Notes: generated from the letters alone by a model not told the origin. 47,393 nt of DNA from Candidatus Woesearchaeota archaeon CG10_big_fil_rev_8_21_14_0_10_33_12 (GCA_002762865.1 PCYE01000003.1:1-47393), one strand, 5' to 3'. Shown: positions 8,996 to 17,351, counted from the stretch's first letter. Numbers and translations are program-made.

Positions 8996-9589
8996 AAGGG
9001 GTGGTTTAGTATTAATACAGTTGAAATTGACCAGCAAGAGTATCTTATAATAAAAGAGCTTGTAAAAGATCCAAGAATTTCTGACAACCAGATAAGCAAA
9101 AAAACAAAAGTTCCTGTAAAAACAGTAAACAGGAAAAGAAAGCTTCTTGAGAAAAGCGGAATAATAAGTTATCATACAAACGTTGATAACACTCTTACAG
9201 GAACAGGAAAATTTGGCGCAAAGCAACAATATATAATAACCTTCAAGTATGGTATTACAAGAAGCATAATATTTGAGATTCTGAAGAGTAATATTCCTTC
9301 CAAGATAGAGATGAAACATATTTCTGAATGTTCAATCGGAGATAAGGATGGCCATGCAATTGTCACAATGACAATAGAGTCAAGGGTTGAATCTGACATA
9401 ATTGAGGTCTTTAATGCTGAGATTCTGCCAAAATTAAAAAGATTGCTTGGAGAGGATGCTGTGATAAAAACAGATGTGCTTACATTCAATTCACATTTCA
9501 TAAAGATGCATAATTACATGCCGTTTATTAACATGAGAAACGGAAAGATAAAAGAAGAATGGTCTGATGACCTGGTGTTTATTGATTAA
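8996..9589 (+). CDS. Lrp/AsnC-like HTH transcriptional regulator; open frame without a canonical start (possible pseudogene or non-canonical initiation)
   Basis: The frame translates as ..IDQQEYLIIKELVKDPRISDNQISKKTKVPVKTVNRKRKLLEKSGIISYH.., an AsnC-type HTH, and continues into the tracked 9311-9589 ORF. There is no in-frame ATG, GTG or TTG between the TAA at 8993 and the ATG at 9311. Confidence 0.55.
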   Translation, partial: KGWFSINTVEIDQQEYLIIKELVKDPRISDNQISKKTKVPVKTVNRKRKLLEKSGIISYHTNVDNTLTGTGKFGAKQQYIITFKYGITRSIIFEILKSNIPSKIEMKHISECSIGDKDGHAIVTMTIESRVESDIIEVFNAEILPKLKRLLGEDAVIKTDVLTFNSHFIKMHNYMPFINMRNGKIKEEWSDDLVFID

Positions 9590-9590
9590 A

Positions 9591-11378
9591 ATGGAAAAAG
9601 AAGCAGATTATTTGTTTGAGATTTCATGGGAAATATGTAACAAAGTTGGGGGTATTTATACTGTTGTTAAATCAAAGGCTGCTGAAATAATGGAATATTA
9701 TAAGGAAAATTATTTTGCAATAGGCCCTTTTTTTCCAGAAAAAGTGGCTGGGGAATTCCAGGAAAAAGTTCCTCCAGATAAACTAGCCAAAGCATTTGAA
9801 AAACTACAAAAACAAGGCATAAAGTGCCATTATGGAGGTTGGCTTATTAAGGGTGAACCTAACACAATTCTGGTTGATTTCAGTGGATTTACATCTAAAA
9901 AAGATGAAATAAAAACAAGCTTGTGGCAGAATTTTAAGATAGATTCACTTAACACACAATACTTTGATTTTGATGAGCCTGTTATCTGGTCATATGCTGT
10001 TGGGAAGCTTTTAGAGGAAATAAAAAATGTTTTCAATGATAAAAAAATTGTTGCGCAGTTTCATGAATGGCTAGCAGGAGCAGGCCTGCTTTACCTAAAG
10101 CAGAATAATGTCAAGGTTGCAACTGTTTTTACAACACATGCAACAATTCTTGGCAGGACAATGTCCTTTGCAAATGAAGAACTTTATGAAATATTTGACA
10201 AGATAAATCCAGAGAAAAAGGCATATGAATATGGTATACAGGCAAAATACCTTACAGAAAAGCAAAGTGCATTAAATGCAGATGTTTTTACAACTGTAAG
10301 TGAGATTACAGCCATAGAAGCAGAGCATCTCTTGGGAAAAAAGCCAGATGTTCTTTTGCCAAATGGCCTTGACCTTAAAAAGTTCCCGACATTTGAGGAG
10401 GCATCTATAAAACATCGTTTATACAGGGAAAGAATAAAGGAATTTCTGATGTATTATTTTTTTCCATATTATTCATTTGACCTTGATAATACTCTTCTTT
10501 ATTTCTTATGCGGAAGATATGAATTCAGGGCAAAGGGCATTGATATATTTATTAAGGCATTAGCAAAATTAAATGAAAAACTTAAAAAAGAGGAATCTAA
10601 CAAAACCATTGTGGCTTTTTTCTGGGTTCCTGGCAATATTAGGGCAATAAAAACAGGATTACTTGAAAATAAAACCTTTTTTGAAGACATAACAGATGCT
10701 ATTGATGATGATATAGGTGAAATTAAAAACAGGATAATTTATTCAATAGTTTCAAAAAAGAGCATTACAGAAAAAAACATTTTTGATGAAGACTTTCTGC
10801 ATGAAAACAAAAAAAAGGTTTTAAAGCTAATGAAAAAAGGGGATCCAGAGCTAACAACACATGATTTACAGGATGAAAAAAATGATTCTATTATCAAGTC
10901 CCTTAATGAAGCTGGCTTATTAAACAAAAAAGAAGACAGGGTAAAGGTTGTTTTTTATCCAATCTATCTAACTGGAGCTGATCAGCTGCTTGACCTGGGC
11001 TATTATGAATGCATGCAGGGCTCACATCTTGGTGTTTTTCCATCATACTATGAGCCATGGGGTTACACACCATTGGAAGCAGCTGCACTTGGTGTTTCAT
11101 CTGTAACAAGTGACTTGGCTGGATTTGGCAGGTATGTTAATGAAAAATCTGTGCAAACTAAAAATCCAGGAATATTTGTTTTGAAAAGATTAGGCAAAAA
11201 AGATGATGAGGTTGTTAATGAGCTTACTAATGCATTTTATTATTTCAGCAATTTATCAAAGCAGGAAAGAATAAAAAACAAGATGGAAGCACAAAGGTTA
11301 GCTTCATTGGCTGACTGGGAGGTTTTAATTAAAAATTATATTCAGGCACATAATCTTGCTATAAAGAGGCTTGGTTAA
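9591..11378 (+). CDS. Glycogen synthase, eukaryote-type (GT3 family-like)
   Basis: FEISWEICNKVGGIYTVVKSKA matches the hallmark N-terminal block of GT3 glycogen synthases. FHEWLAG, TTHATILGR, GVFPSYYEPWGYTPLE and the length (~596 aa) also fit. I prefer the ATG at 9591 over 9567, which overlaps the upstream gene. Confidence 0.75.
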   Translation: MEKEADYLFEISWEICNKVGGIYTVVKSKAAEIMEYYKENYFAIGPFFPEKVAGEFQEKVPPDKLAKAFEKLQKQGIKCHYGGWLIKGEPNTILVDFSGFTSKKDEIKTSLWQNFKIDSLNTQYFDFDEPVIWSYAVGKLLEEIKNVFNDKKIVAQFHEWLAGAGLLYLKQNNVKVATVFTTHATILGRTMSFANEELYEIFDKINPEKKAYEYGIQAKYLTEKQSALNADVFTTVSEITAIEAEHLLGKKPDVLLPNGLDLKKFPTFEEASIKHRLYRERIKEFLMYYFFPYYSFDLDNTLLYFLCGRYEFRAKGIDIFIKALAKLNEKLKKEESNKTIVAFFWVPGNIRAIKTGLLENKTFFEDITDAIDDDIGEIKNRIIYSIVSKKSITEKNIFDEDFLHENKKKVLKLMKKGDPELTTHDLQDEKNDSIIKSLNEAGLLNKKEDRVKVVFYPIYLTGADQLLDLGYYECMQGSHLGVFPSYYEPWGYTPLEAAALGVSSVTSDLAGFGRYVNEKSVQTKNPGIFVLKRLGKKDDEVVNELTNAFYYFSNLSKQERIKNKMEAQRLASLADWEVLIKNYIQAHNLAIKRLG

Positions 11379-12321
11379 AATAGAACTTAGGAAAGATTAT
11401 ATTTTGAACAGATGGGTGATTATAGCTTCTGAAAGAAAGAAAAGGCCAAAAGAATTTAAAAAAATCAAGGCAAATAAAGAGGGAATTTGCTATTTCTGCC
11501 CTGGCAATGAAAATCTCACCCCAACTGAAACTGGAAGGATTGAAAAAGATAGCAAGTGGATTATAAGGTGGTTTCCAAACAAGTTCCCTGCTGTAAGCCA
11601 TGAGGGAAACCCATCAATAAGAAGCACAAATAAGTATTTTACATATGCTGATGCATTTGGAATCCATGAAGTAATAGTTGAAACACCTGACCATGATAAG
11701 CAGCTTGCTGACTTATCAGAAGAGCGCATAAAAGAGGTTTTGAAGGTCTATGCTAACAGGATAACTGAATTAAGCAAAACAGACGGCACAAAATATGTAA
11801 TTGTCTTCAAGAATGAAGGGATGGAAGCAGGAACATCACTGGTTCATTCGCACACACAGGTTATGACTTATAACAAAGTTCCTGTTCTTGTTGAGGAAGA
11901 AGTTAATGCAGCCAGGGCTTATGGAACATGCCCTTATTGTGAGATAATCAATATTGAAAAAAACAGTTACAGAAGAGTCTTTGAAAATAATAATTTTGTA
12001 AGCTTTACGCCATATGCCTCAAGATTTAATTATGAAATCTGGATATTTCCAAAAGAGCATATAAAAAACATAACTGAAATGGATGAAGTTAAATTAGATG
12101 ATTTGGCTTCAATACTTAAAAAGATTTTGATGAAACTAAAAGAAATGAATCTTCCATATAATTTTTTCCTTCACTATGCTCCTGATGGGAAAGACTTACA
12201 TTTTCATATTGAAATATGCCCAAGGCTTGCTACATGGGCTGGCTTTGAGCTTGCAACAAATGCAACAATAAATTCTGTAAGCCCGGAAGATGCTGCAAAA
12301 TTTTACAGGGGAGAGGAATAG
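11371..12321 (+). CDS. galT: Galactose-1-phosphate uridylyltransferase-type HIT nucleotidyltransferase (GalT / ADP-glucose phosphorylase-like)
   Basis: CYFCPGNE is the Zn-site CxxC. HSHTQV is the HxHxQ active site. The second half-domain contains FENNNFVSFTPYASRFNYEIWIFP. The TTG start overlaps the GT3 gene by 8 nt. Confidence 0.8.
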   Translation: MVKIELRKDYILNRWVIIASERKKRPKEFKKIKANKEGICYFCPGNENLTPTETGRIEKDSKWIIRWFPNKFPAVSHEGNPSIRSTNKYFTYADAFGIHEVIVETPDHDKQLADLSEERIKEVLKVYANRITELSKTDGTKYVIVFKNEGMEAGTSLVHSHTQVMTYNKVPVLVEEEVNAARAYGTCPYCEIINIEKNSYRRVFENNNFVSFTPYASRFNYEIWIFPKEHIKNITEMDEVKLDDLASILKKILMKLKEMNLPYNFFLHYAPDGKDLHFHIEICPRLATWAGFELATNATINSVSPEDAAKFYRGEE

Positions 12322-12366
12322 AAAAAGATAAAAAAATATTTGAATTTAGTTTTTCTGCTCAATAAA

Positions 12367-14175
12367 ATGGTAAAGATAGTTCATTTATTAAATAATCACA
12401 AGATAGAAAGCAAATCAACTAAAGATACTAGGCTTCTGATTACAAACAGGAAAGGAGGATATTTCTGTCTTGCTAATATGGGTAAAAGTAGGTATGATGG
12501 GCTTTTCTTTTTTGATGAAAAAGTGTATAAGGTTATTGAAAGCCTGAATATAGTTGGTTCTGCTAAGGCAGGCAAGATAATCAATAAGTTTTATGAAATC
12601 AAAAGGGAATGGGACAATACAGCTGAAACATTTTTCATGCCCAACAATTATGATTCATTGGTTTATGAGACAACCCAGCCAAGCAATATTGAAATAGTCC
12701 TTGATGCAAAAGAAAGCTATGACCATAGGCAGTGGGGCAGATTTTATACTATTTGTCAGGAAGATGATAAAATAATAGTTAAGTTTGTTAAAAAAACAGA
12801 TTCAAGGGAAGACAGTTCTGATGGCAGTGAAGAATACTCTTTATTTTTGGTGCTTAAGTTTGAGGGCATGTTCAAGAAAGCTGAAGAATGGGAAAAAAGA
12901 AATTATGAATTTGACAAAAAAAGGAATTCAATGCCTTATGAAAGATATGTTTTTTCAGCGCTAAATTTAAAGACAGAAAGGGTTGTTTTAAGCTTCTCAA
13001 AAAACAAGGAAAGGGCAAAAAAAGAAGCAGACTATGTTTTTAGGAATATTGAAAATTTAAGAGAAAAGCAAAAAGAATATTATGATAGCCTGTTAAAATC
13101 AAGAAAAAATATTAAAAATGAGGTTATGATGGCATATTCTTGCACAATAAACTCGCTTGATTCATTAACTGTTGATAATAAAGGTATTTTTGCCGGTCTG
13201 CCATGGTTTTTCCAGTTCTGGACAAGAGATGAGGCCATTTCATTAAAGGCTTTGATGTTACAGGGAAATTTTAGTTTAGCAAAAAATATCTTATTTAGGC
13301 ACCTGAAATCTGTTTTGCATGATGGAAAGCTTCCAACAAAGCTAGACTCTTTATTAAGGAGCGCTGATTCTGCTGGCTGGGTTTCAAAAAGAGCAGAAGA
13401 TTTGATTTATATCTTAAAAAATAAAAAAATTCTTGAGAAGCAATTTACAAGAAATGAAATTGAAGAAATAGAAGAAAGAATTGGTCATTCTCTTGACTTT
13501 ATGATAAAATATCACACGCGGGATAATCTCGTCCTTAATAATGCAAAAGAAACATGGATGGACAGCCTGCAAAGGGATGGCTTTAGGATAGAGATTCAAG
13601 CAATGCAGTTAAGCATGTATAAGCTAATGCATGAGCTTACAAATAACAGAATTTATCGAGAACTTGAAGATAATTTAAAAAAAGAGGTTAGAGATAAGTT
13701 TTGGAACAAAAAATGTCTTGCAGATGGGTTAGATGATTTTACTATAAGGCCAAATGTGTTTATTGCATATTACATGTATCCTGAACTTTTGACAAATAAA
13801 GAATGGATTACATGCTTTGACAATGCATTAAAAAGTTTATGGAATGATTGGGGCGGAGTTTCAACAATAGACAAAAACAATCCCTTGTTTAGGCCAGAGC
13901 ATACAGGAGAAATTAATGAAAGTTACCATAATGGTGATTCATGGTTCTGGATAAACAACCTTGCTGCAATTACTTTGTATAGATTGGATAAAAAAAGATA
14001 CAAAAAATACATTGATAAAATATTACAAGCAAGCACAAAAGAGATTTTATGGCAAGGGGCAATAGGCCATCATGCTGAGCTATCAAGCTCTAAAGAGCTA
14101 AGGTCAGAGGGTTGCCTGGCCCAGGCATGGTCTGCTGCAATGTATATTGAACTAATCAACGAGATTTACAAATAG
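12367..14175 (+). CDS. Glycogen debranching enzyme, amylo-alpha-1,6-glucosidase (GDE C-terminal domain type)
   Basis: GLPWFFQFWTRDEAISL is the GDE_C WF..W.RD block. The (alpha/alpha)6-barrel C-terminal half contains HNGDSWFWINN and EGCLAQAWSAA. TTG at 12340 is the alternative start. Confidence 0.75.
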   Translation: MVKIVHLLNNHKIESKSTKDTRLLITNRKGGYFCLANMGKSRYDGLFFFDEKVYKVIESLNIVGSAKAGKIINKFYEIKREWDNTAETFFMPNNYDSLVYETTQPSNIEIVLDAKESYDHRQWGRFYTICQEDDKIIVKFVKKTDSREDSSDGSEEYSLFLVLKFEGMFKKAEEWEKRNYEFDKKRNSMPYERYVFSALNLKTERVVLSFSKNKERAKKEADYVFRNIENLREKQKEYYDSLLKSRKNIKNEVMMAYSCTINSLDSLTVDNKGIFAGLPWFFQFWTRDEAISLKALMLQGNFSLAKNILFRHLKSVLHDGKLPTKLDSLLRSADSAGWVSKRAEDLIYILKNKKILEKQFTRNEIEEIEERIGHSLDFMIKYHTRDNLVLNNAKETWMDSLQRDGFRIEIQAMQLSMYKLMHELTNNRIYRELEDNLKKEVRDKFWNKKCLADGLDDFTIRPNVFIAYYMYPELLTNKEWITCFDNALKSLWNDWGGVSTIDKNNPLFRPEHTGEINESYHNGDSWFWINNLAAITLYRLDKKRYKKYIDKILQASTKEILWQGAIGHHAELSSSKELRSEGCLAQAWSAAMYIELINEIYK

Positions 14176-14210
14176 CAAATTATTTAAACTAATTTCTCAA
14201 TTTAAGTTAT

Positions 14211-14723
14211 ATGCTAATTGGAATAATATCTGACACACATGACAATGCAAGAAACCTTCTGAAGGCCGTTGAGCTTTTTAATGAAAAGGAAGTAGGCCTT
14301 GTAATCCACTGCGGCGACTGGGTTTCCCCTTTTATGCCTGATTTCTGTGATAAATTAAATTGCAAGATTATATCTGTTTTTGGAAACAATGATGGAGATA
14401 TTTTCAGGTTTCTTAGCAGGAATGAAAAAGAAAGATGGAATATTGAATTTGAAAGAGATTGTGTTGAGATGAATATTGATGGAAAGAAGATAGCAGCTTA
14501 CCATGGCCACTCAAAACCTCTGCTTCAATCATTGATTAAGTCTCAAGATTATGATGCTGTTTTTTCTGGTCATAATCACAAGGCCTCAGTTGAAAAAAAG
14601 GGAAAAACACTTCATGTGAACCCTGGCTCAACAAGCGGAGTTTGTGAATCAAAGTTGTCTGATAAAATAACAATTGCAATATATGACACAAAAACAAACA
14701 AGGCCGAGATTGTTTCTTTGTGA
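14211..14723 (+). CDS. MJ0936/YfcE-family metallophosphoesterase
   Basis: The calcineurin-like metal-binding motifs ISDTHDN, HCGD, GNNDGD, YHGH and GHNH appear in order. Confidence 0.8.
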   Translation: MLIGIISDTHDNARNLLKAVELFNEKEVGLVIHCGDWVSPFMPDFCDKLNCKIISVFGNNDGDIFRFLSRNEKERWNIEFERDCVEMNIDGKKIAAYHGHSKPLLQSLIKSQDYDAVFSGHNHKASVEKKGKTLHVNPGSTSGVCESKLSDKITIAIYDTKTNKAEIVSL

Positions 14724-14767
14724 TTTAATTAGCAACTTTTTTATATTAACAGATTAATTCAAGAAAG

Positions 14768-16042
14768 ATGAAAATAATAGCTGACCTCCACATTCATTCC
14801 AAATATAGCAGGGCCACTTCCAAACAATTAAATATTCAAAATCTTGAAAAGTATGCAAGGCTTAAGGGCCCAAACCTTCTAGGCACAGGCGACTTTACTC
14901 ATCCTTTATGGATTAAAGAGCTTAAATCAGAACTTACAGAGGATGGAACAGGAATTTTAAAGACAAAAACAGGCTTTAACTTTATTCTTCAGACAGAAAT
15001 CTCTTTAATGTACACCCAGGATGGAAAGTCAAGGAAGATTCATAATGTTATACTTGCAAGAAATTTTGGTGTTGTTGAGCAGATAACAGAACAGCTAAAG
15101 AAATTAGGCCGTGTTGATTATGACGGAAGGCCAATCTTTGGAATAAGCTGCCCTGATTTTGTTGAGATGATGAAAAAGGTTGATAACAGCATTGAAATAA
15201 TTCCTGCTCATGTCTGGACTCCCTGGTTTGGATTGTTTGGCTCAAAATCAGGCTTTGATAGTGTGCAGGAATGCTTTAAAGACCAGACAAAGCATGTCCA
15301 TGCTTTGGAAACAGGCCTTAGCTCAGACCCTGCAATGAACTGGCGTTTAAGCTCACTGGATAAGTACACCTTAATAAGCAATTCTGACCTGCATTCTTTC
15401 TGGCCATGGCGTATTGGCCGGGAGTGCAATATCTTTGATTTAAAAGAATTAACTTATGATTTATTGTTAAATGCAATAAAAACAAAACAAGGCTTAACTG
15501 AGACAATAGAGGTTGACCCGAGCTATGGAAAGTATCACTTTGATGGGCATAGAAACTGCAATGTATGCATGAGCTCAAATGAATCATTAGAACACAAGGA
15601 TGTCTGCCCTGTTTGCAAAAGAAAATTAACAATAGGGGTATTGCACAGGGTTGAAGAACTTGCTGACAGGCCTGCTGGCTTCAGGCCAAAAGATGCTGTT
15701 CCATTCAGATCATTGATTCCACTGTCAGAAATTTTATCAAAACTGCTGAATTCAGGAATTGCAACACAAAAGACATGGAAAGCATATTATAGTCTGGTTA
15801 ATGAATCAAGGTCAGAGATGGATGTTCTGCTGGATTTATCATTTGATGAGCTAAAAAAGATAACCAATGAAAAGACTGCAGAGGCAATAATTAATATCCG
15901 CAATGGAAAAATAAAGATTCAGCCAGGCTTTGATGGCGAGTATGGTTATCCAATATTTCCTGATGAAAGTGTAAAAGAAATATTTTCAAAAAGAAATGTA
16001 TCATTACAAAAAAGTCAGAAAGGTTTGAATGAATTTATTTAA
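14768..16042 (+). CDS. endoQ: PHP-domain endonuclease, Endonuclease Q-like (cleaves at deaminated bases)
   Basis: MKIIADLHIHSKYSRATS is a PHP N-terminus of the type I recall for Pyrococcus EndoQ. The Zn-finger cysteines are HRNCNVC...CPVCKRKL. The length (424 aa) is in the range I recall for EndoQ. Confidence 0.7.
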   Translation: MKIIADLHIHSKYSRATSKQLNIQNLEKYARLKGPNLLGTGDFTHPLWIKELKSELTEDGTGILKTKTGFNFILQTEISLMYTQDGKSRKIHNVILARNFGVVEQITEQLKKLGRVDYDGRPIFGISCPDFVEMMKKVDNSIEIIPAHVWTPWFGLFGSKSGFDSVQECFKDQTKHVHALETGLSSDPAMNWRLSSLDKYTLISNSDLHSFWPWRIGRECNIFDLKELTYDLLLNAIKTKQGLTETIEVDPSYGKYHFDGHRNCNVCMSSNESLEHKDVCPVCKRKLTIGVLHRVEELADRPAGFRPKDAVPFRSLIPLSEILSKLLNSGIATQKTWKAYYSLVNESRSEMDVLLDLSFDELKKITNEKTAEAIINIRNGKIKIQPGFDGEYGYPIFPDESVKEIFSKRNVSLQKSQKGLNEFI

Positions 16043-16070
16043 ATTATAAAAAAGTTAAAAAAATAAAAAT

Positions 16071-16493
16071 TTATTTTACAATAACTGTTCCTTTGAAGTG
16101 TATTATTGCATCCATAACTTCATAGGTTCCTGCTTCATTGAATTTGTATTCAAATGTATCTCCTTCTACTAACCTTTGACTTTTGTCTACACCAGTTATG
16201 CTAATTATGTGTACCCCACCCATGTTTTTCCATGTAACAACTGTGCCAACACTTACTGTTAGCTCTTCAGGATCAAATCCTGCTCTAAGAACTTGAACAT
16301 CTGTTACTTCACCAACAGCTTCAGGTTCTTCTAATTCCCCTTCCACTGGACCTTCAGGTCCTACTGGTGGCTGTTCTTCTGCTGGCAGTGTTACTTCTGG
16401 ATTAACAGTTTCTCCTGGTTGCTCTGGGACTTTTGCAGCACACCCACTTAGCATAATCACAACCAATACTGCCAAAATATATTTTATTTCCAT
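16071..16493 (-). CDS. Secreted lipoprotein with a cupredoxin-like C-terminal domain and degenerate copper-site ligands
   Basis: The signal peptide plus lipobox is VIMLSGC. A Pro/Glu-rich linker follows. The cupredoxin-like block is VSVGTVVTWKNMGGVHII...GTYEVMDAIIHFKGTVIV, with no Cys at the type-1 Cu position. GAGGTGA lies 5 nt upstream of the ATG. Confidence 0.6.
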   Translation of the reverse strand: MEIKYILAVLVVIMLSGCAAKVPEQPGETVNPEVTLPAEEQPPVGPEGPVEGELEEPEAVGEVTDVQVLRAGFDPEELTVSVGTVVTWKNMGGVHIISITGVDKSQRLVEGDTFEYKFNEAGTYEVMDAIIHFKGTVIVK

Positions 16494-16532
16494 TTTTTCA
16501 CCTCAAAAAAGCATTTTTATAATTTTAGTTTC

Positions 16533-17168
16533 TTATCTTTTAAATATCTTTTGGTATTTTTTAAAATCACACAGTTTGATTATAACACATTTATCACATT
16601 TTGGTTTTATTGGATTGCAAATCGTCTGTCCATGCTTTACAAACAATTCATTAATTTTAATCCAGTATTTTTTTGGAATTTTCCTCATCAGTTCATGCTC
16701 TGTCTGCTCAGGAGTTTTTGTTTTTACAATTCCAAGCCTGTTTGATATTCTATGGACGTGAGTATCAACAGGTATTGCCGGTTTCCTAAATGCATAAACA
16801 AGAACGCAGTTTGCTGTCTTTCTTCCAACTCCCGGAAGCTTCAAAAGTTTATCTAGTTCATGAGGAACTCTGCCATCATACTCGTCTAATAAAATTCTGC
16901 TAACCTCTTTTATTCTCTTTGCCTTCACATTATAAAAGCCTGATTGTTTTATCAATTTCTTTACTTCAGAAATATCTGCATTCAGAATCTTTTTGGCTGT
17001 ATCAAACCTTGAAAAAAGTTTTTTTGATGCAATTAGTGTGTTCTCATCCCTTGTGCGCTGGCTTAACATAACTGAAATAAGCACCCTGAATGGCTTTTCT
17101 CTTGAATAAAAAGTTAAATTATAATTTTTGTTTAATAATTTAACTATTTTGGTTATTTTATCCGGCAT
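16533..17168 (-). CDS. nth: Endonuclease III (DNA glycosylase/AP lyase)
   Basis: LPGVGRKTANCVL is the HhH-GPD motif. The catalytic Asp is in VDTHVHR. The 4Fe-4S cluster loop is CNPIKPKCDKCVIIKLC. Confidence 0.9.
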   Translation of the reverse strand: MPDKITKIVKLLNKNYNLTFYSREKPFRVLISVMLSQRTRDENTLIASKKLFSRFDTAKKILNADISEVKKLIKQSGFYNVKAKRIKEVSRILLDEYDGRVPHELDKLLKLPGVGRKTANCVLVYAFRKPAIPVDTHVHRISNRLGIVKTKTPEQTEHELMRKIPKKYWIKINELFVKHGQTICNPIKPKCDKCVIIKLCDFKKYQKIFKR

Positions 17169-17255
17169 TTAACCATAGAGTAAACAGAAACTATTTAAAG
17201 TTTTATAAAAAATAAAAGCTGCCTAGAAAAAGATTAGGCAGTTAAAAGAATAATT

Positions 17256-17351
17256 TTATCTTCTCTTTTTCTTCTTTACTACTCTCTTCTTGGCCTTTTT
17301 CTTAGGTTTTCTCTTGACTGTTTTCTTTTTAGCTTTCTTCTTTGCTGCCAT
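17256..17351 (-). CDS. Candidate 31-aa extremely Lys-rich microprotein
   Basis: The hand translation is MAAKKKAKKKTVKRKPKKKAKKRVVKKKKRR*. A strong SD, GAGGTGA, lies 6 nt upstream of the ATG (forward ccattatttttcacctc). It is too short for the ORF track. Confidence 0.4.
   Translation of the reverse strand: MAAKKKAKKKTVKRKPKKKAKKRVVKKKKRR

Noticed and set aside
8927-9501. Minus-strand tracked ORFs 8927-9319 and 9172-9501
   Set aside because: They are antisense to a frame that encodes a clear AsnC-type HTH. Their products are low-complexity and Cys/Phe/Tyr-rich, with no motifs. They are shadow ORFs.
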